From NCBI RefSeq assembly GCF_009914755.1, contig NC_060947.1: DNA of 64,000 bases; one strand, written 5' to 3'. The notes below the pieces were generated by a model, which was not told the origin of the DNA, ran no database searches, and was given only the letters and a program-made list of their open reading frames with translations. The stretch comes from the human T2T-CHM13v2.0 reference genome, Homo sapiens. Below, piece after piece: positions 42,656 through 56,349 of the stretch. The position numbers were made by a program, and so were the translations under genes. Position 1 is the first letter of the stretch. Each line of letters opens with the position of its first letter.

Positions 42656-44105
42656 ACAAAGGTGGAGGCATCACCCTACCCAACTTCAAACAATACTACA
42701 AGGCTATAGTAACCAAAACAGCATGGTACTTGTACAAGAACAGACATATAGACCAATGGAACAGAATAGGGAACCCAGAAATAAGACCGCACACCTACAA
42801 CCATATGATCTTCAACAAACCTGACAAAAACGAGCAATGGGAAAAGGATTCCCTATTTAATAAATTATGATTGGATAACTGCTTAGCCACATGCAGAAAA
42901 CTGAATCTAGACCCCTTCCCTACAGCTTATACAAAAATTAACTCAAGATGGATTAAACACTTAAATGTAAAACTCAAAACTGTAAAAACCCTAGAAGAAA
43001 ATTTAGACAGTACCATTCAGGACATACGCACAGACAAAGATTTCATGAGGAAAACACCAAAAGCAATTGCAAAAAAAGCAAAAATTGACAAATATGATCT
43101 GATTAAACTAAAGAGATTCTGCACAGAAAATAAACTATCAGAGTGAACAGACAACCTACAGAATGGGATAAAATGTTTGCAATATATCCATCTGACAAAG
43201 GTATAATATCCAGAGTCTACGAGGAACTTAATCAAATTTACAAGAGAAAAACAAACAACCCCCTATTAAAAAGTGGGCAAAAGAAATGAGCAGACACTTC
43301 TCAAAAGAAGACATCTATGCTGCCAACAAACATGAAAAAAAGCTCAACATCCCTGATCATTAGAGAAATGCAAATCAAAACCACAGTAAGATACCATCTC
43401 ACACCAGTCAGAATGGCTATTGTTAAAAAGTTCAGAAACAACAGATGCTAGCCAGGTTGTAGAGAAAAAGGAATGCTTTACACTGTTGGTGGGAGTGTAA
43501 ATTAGTTCAACCATTGTGAAAGAAAGTGTGGTGATTCCTCAAAGACCTAGAGGCAGAAATAGCATTTGATCCAGCAATCCCATTACTGAGTATATACACA
43601 AAAAATATAAATCATTCTAGTATAAAGATACATGCACATGTATGTTCAGTACAGTACTATTCACAATAGCAAAGACATGGAATCAACCCAAATGTCCATC
43701 AATGATAGACTGGATAAAGAAAATGTGGTGGTACATATACACCATGGAATATTATGCAGCCATAAAAAATCATGTTCTATTCAGAGACATGGATGGAACT
43801 GGAAGCCATTATCTTCAGCAAACTAACAGAGGAACAGAAAACCAGACACCACATGTTCTCACTTATTAGTGGGAGCTGAATGATGAGAACAGTTGGACAA
43901 AAAGTGGGAAACAACACATCCTGGGGCCTGTTGGTGGGATGGGGAAAGGAAGAGCATCATGAAGAGTAGCTAGTGGATGCTGGGCTCACTACCTAGGTGA
44001 TGGGATAATCTATGCAGCAAACCACCATGGCGCATGTTTTCCTGTGTAACAAACCTGCACATCCTGCACATGTGCCTCTGAACTTAAAATAAATGTTGGA
44101 AAAAA
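42656..44105 (+). mobile_element. 5'-truncated L1PA11-13-like element
   Basis: ORF2 C-terminal fragments (CRKLNLDPF; FTIAKTWNQPKCPS). 3'UTR AGAGCATC...GGATGCTGGGCT.ACTACCTAGGTGATGGG. Confidence 0.85.
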
Positions 44106-44310
44106 TAATAAGTTAATTCTATATTTTAAAATAACTTAATATAATTGAATTTTTTATAACTCAAAGCATAAATGCTTGTGGTGATGGATATCTCATTCTC
44201 CATGATGTGCTTATTTCACATTGCATGCCTGTATCAAAATATCTCATGTACTCCAACAATATACATACCTAATATGTACCCAGAAAAAAATTAAAAAAAA
44301 AAAAAAACAA
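44106..44310 (+). mobile_element. L1MA1-3-like 3' end with poly(A)
   Basis: GGTGATGGATATCTCATTCTCCATGATGTGCTTATTTCACATTGCATGCCTGTATCAAAA. Confidence 0.8.
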
Positions 44311-46155
44311 AATGAAACCAAATGTGATTATTAGGAAAAGCCAACACAATTAATAAATCTTCATAAAGACTAATCAAAGAAATAAAGAGGTATATAATGT
44401 CAACAAGATGGAATCACTAGCAATAATGTTTCTTGTCACCCCACAGAAACATTGAAATAAGGACAAGCTGCCAGAACCAACTTTGTCAGACACGGAAAAC
44501 ACATGTAAGTGTTTATAGCAACCAAGCAGATATTGAATTAACTAAAAAGAAACTTCACAATGTGTGTGGCATTCAAATAAGTCTCTGTCAAAAATAATAT
44601 AGAAGCTGAATATAAGATAAGGAGCAGAGCCTTCAGTGACCACACAAAAAAAGAATGGAATCTTCATAAAAATAATTTGAGTCACTGAAAATGGACTACT
44701 GCAGTTTTTTTTAACAATTAATCAACAGCAACAAAACCAGAAAAGCAATGTGAAGTGAGAAAATCAGATTTTCATAGTTACTATGTTAAGATATTCAAAT
44801 GTCCAGCTTCCAAGAGAAAAGAAATCACAAGGCATAAATGAAACAGGAAAGTATGATGCATTCAAAGAAACAAAATGGACAGAAACAATCCCTGAAGAAG
44901 TGGAGACATTAGTTCTATTAGAAAAACACTTTAAAAACAACTGTTTTAAATATGTTTAAAGAGTTAAAGAAAATAGGACCAATAACTTAAAAAATCAGGA
45001 GAATGATGCATGAACAAAATAATAATATTAATAAAGATATAGAGAATATAAACAAACTCCAGGAATTGAAAGTATAATAATTGACATAGAGAATTCACTA
45101 AAAACATTCACCAGTAAATTTAAACAGACAGAAGAAAGAATCGGTCAACCTGAAAATAATATAATTAAAAGCATCAAGTCTGAGGAGCAAAGAAGAAAAG
45201 AATGAATAAAGGTGAAGAGAGGCTACCAAGCAGAATAACATACGCATTATGTAACTCACAGAATATTAACAAAGATAAAATAGTCATAACAAATATTTGA
45301 AGAAACAATAGATGAAAACTTCCCAAATTGGATGAAAGATATGAATCCACAAATTTAAGAAATCAAAGAATTCCAAGTAGCATAAATGCAGAGTTTCACA
45401 CCAAGACACACTAAAATCAAACTCTTGAAAGCTGAAGACAGAGAGAATCTTGAAGACAGCAAAAGAGAAGCAACTTATTACATACAGAGCAACTTCAGTA
45501 TGATCAGTAATTTTTCATTAGAAACCTTCAAGGCAGAATGCCTGGGATGACAATGAGGTAACATTTTGAAAGTGTGGGAACAAAAAACTATATATTAATT
45601 AAGAATTCAATAACTGGTAAAACTTCTCAAAATGAAGGAGATTTTTCAGCAAATACCTTGCAGGCTAGAGTAGAGTTGGATTATATTAATATATTCAAGT
45701 GCAGGAAGAAAAAAAAACTATCAATTAAGAATACTATACTATACTTCAAGAATGAAGAAGATATAAAAACTTTCCCAAAAAGAAACTCAGGTAATTCATC
45801 GCCAGTAGACTTACTTCACAAGAAATGCCAAAGGAAGTTCTTCAGGTTGCAATGTAAGGAATTGAAATGCCAACACAACTGCAGAGAAAAAGATAGAACA
45901 CATTGCTGAAGATAAATATACAGAAAAATACAGAATATTGCATTTCTCTATTGGGGTTAAATCATTTTTAATTCTAACAAAAAAGTTATAAAAGTATGAA
46001 AATATAAATAGAACTATACTAAAGACACACTGTAAATGCATATAAATTATAACAGCAATAGCATAAAGTGTGTTGGAGGGAGAATTAAAAGCATAACGCT
46101 TTTGTATGTGATTAAAGTTAAATTGTTATTAGCTTAAAATAGAATGTTATAACTA

Positions 46156-46362
46156 TAGTGAGTCCTCACTTAACATTTTAGATATGTTTCTGAAAACTGC
46201 AACTTTAAGCACATTGACATAGAGCAGGTTCTGAAACAACATTATATTGTTCACTCATTTCATTATAATGTTGACGAAGAAAAAATGATTTTATTATCTG
46301 TCATTTCACTTAAAGTTTCAATTTCCAAAGAACTATCTATGATGTTAAGTGAGTGCTTACTG
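46156..46362. mobile_element. MER6B-like Tigger/TcMar MITE
   Basis: Terminal inverted repeats TAGTGAGTCCTCACTTAACAT / ATGTTAAGTGAGTGCTTACTG. Confidence 0.75.
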
Positions 46363-46537
46363 TGTAAGATATGTTATATAAGCTCCTTGGTAACCACACA
46401 CAGACACAAAAACTATTGAAGTTACATAAAGGAAAAAAAAGAAAAGAATCAAACATATCAATCCAAAAATTTGACAAAACACAAAGAAAGACAGCACGAG
46501 GGGAAAGGACTGACAAAAGAATTATAAGGCTAACATA

Positions 46538-47187
46538 GGATGTGAAGAAATAGGAACACTTTTACACTGTTGGTGGGACTGTAAACTAGTTCAACCATTG
46601 TGGAAGTCCGTGTGGCGATTCCTCAGGGATCTAGAACTAGAAACACCGTTTGACCCAGCCATCCCATTACTGGGTATATACCCAAAGGACTATAAATCAT
46701 GCTGCTATAAAGACACATGCACACATATGTTTATTGCGGCACTATTCACAGTAGCAAAGACTTGGAACCAACCCAAATGTCCAACAATGATAGACTGGAT
46801 TAAGAAAATGTGGCACATATACACCTTGTAATACTATGCAGCCATAAAAAATGATGAGTTTATGTCCTTTGTAGGGACATGGATGAAGCTGGAAACCATC
46901 ATTCTCAGCAAACTATCGCAAGGACAAAAACCAAACATCACATGTTCTCACTCATAGGCGGGAATTGAACAATGAGAACACATGGACACAGGAAGGGGAA
47001 CATCACACACCGGGGACTGTTGTGGGGTGGGGGGAGTGGGGAGGGATAGCATTAGGAAATATACCTAATGCTAAATGACGAGTTAATGGGTGCAGCACAC
47101 CAACATGGCACATGTATACATATGTAACAAACCTGCACGTTGTGCACATGTACCCTAAAACTTAAAGTATAATAATAATAATAATAG
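46538..47187 (+). mobile_element. 5'-truncated L1PA3/4
   Basis: 3'UTR CTAATGCTAAATGACGAGTTAATGGGTGCAGCACACC and (TAA)n tail. Perfect 20-bp TSD AGAATTATAAGGCTAACATA (46518-46537, 47188-47207). Confidence 0.93.
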
Positions 47188-47471
47188 AGAATTATAAGGC
47201 TAACATAAAAAAGTCAACAGTTAATTATTCTCCGTAGATGATTACCTTAAATACAATTTGATTAAATGCCCCAATAAAAAGATATAGAATGGCTGAATGG
47301 GTTTTAAGAAACACTAGTTTACATGCAAGCCACAAGAAACTCACTTTAGCTTTAAGGGCACAAGTTGGCCTAAAGTAAAGAGAGGAGAGAAAGAGATTTT
47401 ATGTAAATGGCAATCAAAAAAGAGCAGGGGTACCTGTAGTTATATCAGAGAAAATAGATTTTAAGTTAGAC

Positions 47472-48502
47472 TTCTATGCATTTTCCTCATTGTCTTGGCT
47501 ATTAACATTCAGCTCCTTTTTACTTACGCAAGTTTCTGCAGCCAGCTTGAATTTCTCCTGGGAAAATGGGTTTTTATTCTCTATGGTATGGCCAAGCTGC
47601 ACATTTTCTAAACTTTTATGTTCTGCTTCCCTTTTAAATATAAGTTCCAGTTTCAAACACTCTTTGATCATGCATATGATAATAAATTGTTAGAAGCAGC
47701 CAGGTCATATCTTGAAAGCTTTGCTGCTTATAAATTTTTTTTCTGCCAGATACTCTACATCGTCTGTCTTAAGTTCAAAGTTCCACAGATTCCTAGGGCA
47801 GGGGCACAATGCTGCCAGTCAATGTGCTAAAGCATAGCAAGACTGAACTTTGCTCCAGTTCCCAATAAGTTTCTCATCTCCATCTGAGACCTCCTCAGTC
47901 TGAACTTTACTGTTCATATCACTATCAGCATTTTGGTCACAACCATTCAACAAGTCTCTAGGACATTCCACATTTTTTGTCATCTTCCTCTTGTCTTCTG
48001 AGCCATCCAAACTGTTCCAACTTCTGCCCGTTACCCAGTTCCAAAGTCACTTTCACATTTTCAGTTATCTTTTATAGCAATACCCCACTCTTGGCACCAA
48101 TTTTCTGTGTTAGTTCATTCTCACATTGCTATAAATAACTATTTGAGACGGGTAATTTTTAAAGTAGAGAGGTTTAATGGGCTCATGGTTCTGCAGGCTG
48201 TTCAAGTTTCTGCTTCAGGGGAGGCCTCAGGAAACTTACAATCATGGCAGAAGGTGGAGAAGCAGGCACATATTACATGGCCGGAGCAGGAGCAAGAGAG
48301 AGAGGAGGAAGGTGCTACACACTTTTAAACAACCACATCTCAGGATCACTCACCATCATGATGACAGCACCAAGGGTCATGGTGTTAAACCATGAGAAAC
48401 TGCCCCCATGATCAAATCACCTTCTACAAGGCCCCTCCTCCAACACTGTGGATTACAATTTGACATGAGATTTGGGCAGGGATAAAAAGCCAAACCATAT
48501 CA
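47472..48502 (-). mobile_element. MST MaLR 5' LTR (48106-48502) plus truncated internal region (47472-48105)
   Basis: LTR TGTGTTAGTTCATTCTCACATTGCTATAAA...CAAACCATATCA. Internal peptides CPRDLLNGCDQNADSDM and LELIFKREAEHKSLEN are typical of MaLR-int. Confidence 0.88.
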
Positions 48503-49257
48503 GTAGCCCTCCATATTTGACAAATTATTTAACAACATGCACTGTGTTAACATAGTTAAATTTTGTAGATGACATTTCTATACTTTACTATAAATAATTC
48601 ATTAAAAAAACAAGAAAATGTCATAAATCCACAGTGTGCCATGACGGTGTCAGATAAGGGAAAACAGAAACAATAGAGCTAGTATCTGCCCAGTACATAG
48701 CACCAGTTCTTTGGACTGTTGGGAAGCATGAGTAAACTTATATTTCCTATACTTTGGGGCAATTTAATTGTTCTGTAATTATTGAGAGTGGTCAAATTTC
48801 ACACTTCTTACTAAAGTTTTATCAACATATTAAGAAATACACTTATTTTAATATTAAAATGCGATAAACATATTAAAAAGCAATTTCACATTTAGGCAGT
48901 TTGTCAAATGCCCTTTAAGTCTAAGGTAATGCTACACTGTAGTGTAGTTGTGCTTTCAAAAACTACAAATAACACAAAATGTGACTATATTCTATGTGTG
49001 GACTAAGACCAATGTTAGAGAAAAATAAGAAATTAAGAATTTCTAAATACAAATGTAATATTTAAGCAACATTAAATTCCCAATTCTCCTAATATTTGCT
49101 TATTAAAAGAACAAAATACATGAATTATTTTAAAAATATTACTGATACAATCATACCTTCTTCATTGACTAAGATTTTGAACTTTAATAAAAGATACCAA
49201 TGAATGTATTCAATTTTGGCAAATTCTATAAAATAAATGCTAAAAAATGTAAATAGG

Positions 49258-49551
49258 GTTTTTTGAGACAGGGTCTTGCTTGGTTACCCAGGCTTGAGTG
49301 CAGTGGTGCAGTCATAGCTCGCTGTAACCTTTTTCTCCTGGCCTCAGGGGATTCTACTAACTCATCTTCCTGAGTATCTAGGACTGACAGGCACACACCA
49401 CAATATCTAACTAATTTTTTAAATTTTTTTTGTAGAGATGGGGTTTTGCCATGTTACCCAGGCTAGTCTTGAACTCTTAACCTCAATCAGTCCTCCTGCC
49501 TTGGCCTCCCAAAATGGTGGGATTACAGGCATGAGATACTGCACCTGACCC
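49258..49551 (-). mobile_element. AluJ
   Basis: GAGACAGGGTCTTGCT and GTCATAGCTC. Flanks AAATAG(GG)TTTT. Confidence 0.88.
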
Positions 49552-52326
49552 AAATAGTTTTATTTTGGGCAAGCATTTCCTTAGTCCACATTGCTTATTT
49601 GTACAAGCATTAAAATTTAAATAGAATATATTTTGTGCACTGAATAATATACCTTAATGACCCATATTTGCTATACTTTCAACACATTTTTAAAGGGGTT
49701 AGGTTTATAATATATAGTTACTCCAGAAGCATACATTAGTCTACAGTAGATGGAAATTTCTTCAAAAGGTAACATTGCCATTTTGTTCAATTTATTTTAC
49801 TGATCTTCTCGAAGAAGACACAATGGCATTATAAACCTGCCTTTCAATGTCATGGCTGGTAGTATGCAAAAAATGCCTCATTATTTCAAGTGAAGAAAGA
49901 AGTAATGCTTCAACAAGCAAAGTGACATAAATATGTCTACAATTATTACTCTTGAATGGAATTGAAGAAATTGCATTTTTACATCAAAAAGTTGTTTAAC
50001 CTGCAAAATAGCCTGTGCCAAAGAAATCAAGTTTCAAGCACTGAATGCAATTTTTTTCTTCATGAGAAAGAACTGAAGCTGCATATAAACAGAACACTAG
50101 TCACCAACAAAACTGAGCAAGACAAAATAAAAGCCTAGTTGAACACGTGGAAAAAATAAAGTTTTCTAGAATCTAGATGAACCTATATTAACTCTATATT
50201 CTCATTAATATGTGAAGTAGTCTTTGTGAGTATTTGGTGTAAATGAACAACTCAAACCATTTTTTTTTTGGTAAATTTAAAGTGATACCTACATAGAAAT
50301 TTTCATTTGGTATGTATTATGTGAACAATTTCTCAATTCACCATGGCCATTAACAAAGTGATCCAGAAAGTTTGGTGTAACTTATTAAAACAATTTATTT
50401 GTATAATACAATGACTGGTTTCTATTAAATCGTTGCTCTAAAATATTTAAATGCAAAAATTAAAACAAGCAATTGCAAGTGAAAGTATTTGAATGAAAAT
50501 ACACCATAGTTTTTTAAAGAGAAGAACAGGACTTTACAAAAACACCTTTTGAAGTTCACGTTGTGCACAGTAATTATGCTCTGTAAAGAAAAACTAACAA
50601 AGACTATAAGTCCCTCTTGGAGAACACTAAACTGGGAAGATCATTGTCCAAGATGCCACATTCTTTAAAAATGTAAACTTATTTAATAAGAACTTAAAAA
50701 TAGAATGGCCTTCTTTGATCATACAAACATTTGAGTATATATCCTAACCCTCTAACATATGAAAGGTGAATAATAAAATTTTGTACATATTACTTAATCA
50801 TCCAATGGAGGAAAAGTCTCAGACATTTAGCAAGGGTTTTACTTGCTAAAATCTCTAATGATTAAGCAATTCGTTAGGTCAAAACATTGTTTAAAATGCC
50901 TTCACAAAGCACTTCAAGAGTAGTTACTTCTCTTCCACCTCCCACTGTCCCCAACAGTGGCTGATTTACTGCAGCAGGTATTCAGAATTTATGTTTTTAA
51001 CAGAAATATAAAGACATATGCTGAAGATTTATAAAAATCAATCATACTCATCGTAACGTTTCTGCTCAAAACATGTATCTACCTTAGGCACTAATTTTCA
51101 CTTAACCTGTACTTGAGTTAAACATTTGACCACTGAAACCTGGTTTCTCTTTTCATTAACCTACCTGTCTTCAGGGTGATATAATTTAAAATTCTCTGTT
51201 ACTAGTCTTCATACTTCTCAAGTAATTAGAGAGGACCAGGTTTTGAAATCCTTTATATGCAAAGTTCTTCAATAAGGGAATATTTGACTAATGTGGTACC
51301 TGAAAAAATTCAGCAAAGGTGTTCCCAGCACTAGTGAAATTATTCTGAGTGTCATGATTGTTCCTTGCCATTGCTGAAAGGGTTGTCATACTATCAGTAC
51401 CTCACCCTGACTGTATAAGTGGGAAAGTAAATTAGATAGGCTTTCACATAGAAGGATTGCAAAAAGAAGGAAATAATACAGCTTTGGGAAATTAAAGACA
51501 CTTTCTTCTTTCTCATCTACTTTTTGTAGTCCCCACAATAAAAAAGAATGATGCATTTACAATTATGACATAGTATAGAAAGGTGTCTGTTCTTAAATTT
51601 TACATAAACAACCAATGAAATAGATACCTACTTGTGGAAACTTGGTAAAAAAAATGCATGGAGAATGTAAATGTTCCCTGACAATTGGAGCTAATTACTG
51701 TAAATAAATATTACTCGATACTTTTTTGTTGGTAGGTTTTGTTCCTGGGGAAAAGTTATGCCAGTGAATAAACATAGATCTTATAATATTTTCTATATTA
51801 AAAATTCCTTATAAGAGGTACTCAATAATCATTCAGGACTTTTGAGAAATAAACCAGCATCTTTGACCCTGTTCATTTGTCTTCCATACTATTCACTGAC
51901 CTGCTTCACTCTGCTATTCTTTACTGCTCAGACCTATCCCTTCTTTTATGTGCATTTACCCTTTATTCCTACTTCTATTTAATATTTTTTCATGTGTTAA
52001 TAGTCTAACAGTGATTAATTGATCTTATGTGTGATCGTATTAATCCATAGTGCATTTTTCCTATTCCTAAACAATTATGTTTATCTCAGTATTCAAGATA
52101 AATTCACTTTGTAGGGTTTAACTAATTTGCTCCTCTGCTTCCTTCTATATTAGTTTAATTTCTTTTCATTATTGCAATATATGAGGAATTAGAATGTTTA
52201 CTTTTTTTTACCACTATTTTTAGATTTGGTTTCAGAGAATTTTCTTGAAATTAATTAGCTTAGATCAAATTGTAGAAAATATGTGTGTTAAAATGACAAC
52301 TTCACATTTTCACCATGGAGACACAT

Positions 52327-53081
52327 TATTTATATTGAAAATTCATAATTACACTAATTTATGAGGTACAAAGTGTTGTTATAGTTTATGAATACAGTGT
52401 GGAATAATTAAATCAAGATAGATATCATACCCATCCCCTCAAATACTTAACATTTTTATGCTGGAAACATATGAAATTTAATCTCTTAGCAATTTTGAAA
52501 TGCATAATACTCTCTTTTTCCCTATATGCAAATATCTGCAAACTATACATCTGACAAAGTGCTAGTATCAAGAGTCTACAAGAAATTCAAACATCTCAAC
52601 AAGAATAAAACAAATAATCCCATTAAAAATGAGCAAAGGACATGAACAGACTTTAATCAAAGGAAGACATGCAAGTAGCCAACAAACATGCAAAAATATT
52701 CACCATCATAATTATCAGATAAATGCAAATTAAAACCACAACGAGATGCCATCTTACACCATTAAAAATGGCAACTATTAAAAAGAAAAAGTGACAGATG
52801 TTGGCAAGGATGCAGAGAAAATGGTAGGCTTATACACTGTTGATGGGAATTAAAATTGGTGCAACCTCTATAGAAAACAGTATGGAAATTTCTCAAATAT
52901 CTAAAAATAGAATTACCATTCAATCCAGCAATCCCACTACTGGGTATCTACCAAAAGGAAAATAAATTATTATATCAAAAAGACTTGCAGATGCATGTTT
53001 ATTGCAGCACTATTCACAATAGCAAAGTCATGGAATCAATCTAAGTGTCCGTCAATGTTGGATTGGTTAAAGAAAATGCAG

Positions 53082-53126
<45 letters not shown>

Positions 53127-53673
53127 GTCTATCTACACACACACATACATGAACAACCACCATGTAATCTATGCAGCCATAAAAATGAATGAAATCATAT
53201 CTTTTGCAGCAACATGGTTTGATTGGGAGGCCATTTTCCTAAATGAAATGAATCAGAAAAAGAAAGTGAAGAACTACATGTTCTCACTAATAAATGAGAG
53301 CTAAAAAATGCGTACACATGAACATATAGGGTAGAATAATAGACATTGGAGACTCCAATGGGAGAGAGGAGAGGAGGGAGGTGAGGAACGAGAAATTACG
53401 TGTTGGGTAGAATGTATACTATTTGCATGACGATTACACTTAAAGCCCAGACTTCACCACTACACAATATATCCATGTAACAAAAATGCACCTGTACCCT
53501 CTAAATAAAAAAAAATAAAAAACTGTGTTCACCACACTGAGAAACAGAACTCAACACAGCAAAAAAGCATATTCCTCCTGTCTGTTAATTTGTGCCCTTT
53601 GACTATTATCTTCCCATATCCCCAACCCCCAACCTCTGTAACCATCATTCTACTCTCTGCTTCTATGAGTTCA
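52327..53673 (-). mobile_element. L1MA 3' end split by an opposite-strand L1PB
   Basis: Segments 52327-52515 and 53522-53673 are consecutive antisense L1MA 3'UTR. Confidence 0.7.
52525..53521 (+). mobile_element. 5'-truncated L1PB3/4-like element with internal (TCTA)n (53083-53135)
   Basis: MFIAALFTIAKSWNQSKCPS. 3' end AAAGCCCAGACTTCACCACTACACAATATATCCATGTAACAAAA plus A tail. Confidence 0.85.
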
Positions 53674-54791
53674 TTTTATACCTCTCACTTTCAACCTTTG
53701 CCACAAGTCTTTAAAAAAAAACTGAACTTGAGCATTTTTCCCTATATATTTCTCCCCATAAACATTGCAAAGGCATTATGTAGTAAGTGCCTTGATATAT
53801 GTTTGCTGGATTTCATGGAGATCAGGGTGCCTGATTACTGGAGAATATGTTTGTGGGATCTGAAGGTGAGCAAGCAGGAAAATTATTCTGGTTTCTATCC
53901 AATTTCCCAGTCTATATTTTCCTTACATATAAGTTCCATCCAGTTTTCTTCAAAGTATAAACACAGGTAGCACAAGTGACAAAGGGTATGAGTCGGGTTG
54001 CATTAAACAAGCACAATGCCTAGAAATCTGTGATAGACTGAAAGAAGAAATCACAAATTATCAGCAAGAAACAGTTGGAACTAGGCTTGAGGTAAACAGA
54101 AACACAAACAACACGTCAGCCATGATAAAGAGTGTAAATTTGAACAGATGTCACTTCTAGAGCAGCAGCAGCCAGATTATACAAAATTGGCTTTGGATGA
54201 AATACAAAGGAGGGGAAGAAAATATGAAGCCTGTAGGAGCACTGTGTCCAGCAGCTCTTCCATTGTAATCATACCTCAGCTGAGTAAAAACAAATAAACA
54301 CCTATTGGGTAGAAAAAAAAAAAAACAGCAACAAAAGCCATACTGATTAAATGAACTACCAGTATGAGGATTTATTTTTGAAAGAAGAAGATCAGCTAAA
54401 ATATGAAACAAATAGTGTAAATAACTAGGAAGATGTAAGTGAGATGCCCATTTGTCAACCTGCATCATATATCATAACATTTATTCCATTAATAGATATG
54501 CTACTATTGTGTCAATAGACAAAAAAACTTAGAGAAAAGTCCCCATAAACACATATACATTTCAAAATAAAACTTAGGGATTTAGATAAGTTTGATAACA
54601 ATTTTATGTAATTTTGTCTAGTCTGGTTATGACTCTGGAGTTAACTCAAACAAAATGACTACACACATAAACATCAGCACTAACCAGGGTTGTAAACTGA
54701 AATATGATTTCAAATTACAAGTAGATTATTTTTCAAACCTCTTTTTCACTTTTCAACTCCACTTTATCAGAGTGCCCTGAACATTCTCTAA

Positions 54792-55098
<307 letters not shown>

Positions 55099-55099
55099 T

Positions 55100-55412
55100 C
55101 TAATTTAATTTTTAATTAAATGTTTAAAATCTTGACATACAAAATTGTATGTATTTATCAAGTACAACATGAGGTTTTGCAGTATGTATACTTGTGAAAT
55201 CACTAAATCTAGCTAATTAACATATGCATTACTTCACATAGTCATCATTTTTGAAACTCAAACAACTCAATAGCAAGAAAACAAAAACCTGATTAAAAAA
55301 CAGGCAAAAGACATGAATAGATATTTCTCAAAAGACATACATATGGCCAACAGGTACATAAAAAAACTGTTCAACATCACTGATCATCAGGAAAATTCAT
55401 ATAAAAGCTACA
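55100..55412. mobile_element. L1MA fragment pair in opposite orientations
   Basis: 55100-55252 is an antisense terminal 3'UTR. 55253-55412 is sense late-ORF2 sequence (GACATGAATAGATATTTCTCAAAAGA). Confidence 0.65.
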
Positions 55413-55689
55413 TTATCATAACTTCAGGTTTCCTATGTGAGCTGCATTGTCCATTTGTGGCTATGCCCAACTCATGAAATTTTTGTAAAAGTGATTCTAA
55501 TAACATAAGTTTAAAAATTAGTAAACTGTGACGTGCTAAATAAATGGTAATAATTATTTTTCCAAATACAAACATGAGGAACACGAGGACTTTTCAAGGG
55601 TCTAGTATGTGTAGTATGATCAAGAGAATAGGTAGTTAATTTTTTTGAGCAATTATAATGGGATAAGGACAGCTAAATTCTTTATACAC

Positions 55690-55860
55690 ATTGTTTCATT
55701 TAATCTTTACAACATCTCAATGGGTTAGATATTACTACTTTCACATTTCAAACATGAAAAAAAAAAACAGAGACTCAGGATGGCTGAGTAATGTTTTCAG
55801 TGGCAAATAGCTAGAGTAGGATGTGTTCGCAAGTCTGTCTGAATCTGAAACCCACAGCAC
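55690..55860 (-). mobile_element. MIR
   Basis: TTCATTTAATCTTTACAACA...CATTTCAAACATGAAAAA..CAGAGACTCAG. Confidence 0.65.
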
Positions 55861-56349
55861 CCTCTCTCGCTTTCAAGTGAATGAGTGATAACAACATATA
55901 AGGTTGAGGAAACTACAGGTGACCATGAAATTCTTTACCACTTCCCTCTGGTGATCTCTCAATTCAAAATATAATTTAAAATAAATATATAATTGAATCT
56001 TTTCTTATGAAACAGTTAGGTAACTTTTAAAGCTTTCGACCCTTTTTTTTTTTAAAACCAGAGATGCATATCAGTATTTCCTGGGTACATTTTAAGTACA
56101 CACATATTCAGGAATCACCACTAGAAATTCTGATTTCATATTCTTGGTTGAGAACCACTGTCCTATAAGAAAGCAGTACCATACTAATCTAAATAAAGCA
56201 AAAAACCTGGAATGATGAAATAGTTTTAACTGGTTTCTGAGAGGAAAACAGCAAGCAAATAAACTAAAGTATGATCTCCAGAGACTAATGAAAGTTGGAT
56301 ACATTTTTTTTGGCTTATTGAGCAAGAGTATGTGATTGCCTTTTCATTT

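Larger units (their letters stand above)
44400..47470 (+). mobile_element. Ancient L1M (L1M4/MC-type) 5'UTR-ORF1-start of ORF2, interrupted by MER6 and L1PA4
   Basis: ORF1-like GAAGAAAGAATC and GAAAACTTCCCAAAT; ORF 45574..45909 (DFSANTLQAR); EN start TAAATGCCCCAATAAAAAGATATAGAATGGCTGAATGG. Confidence 0.7.

Noticed and set aside
48510-52320. Long, mostly repeat-poor AT-rich stretch searched for exons or RNA genes
   Set aside because: No convincing ORF, splice-bounded coding exon, tRNA/snRNA pattern or CpG island. Small exons or lncRNA exons cannot be excluded by eye.
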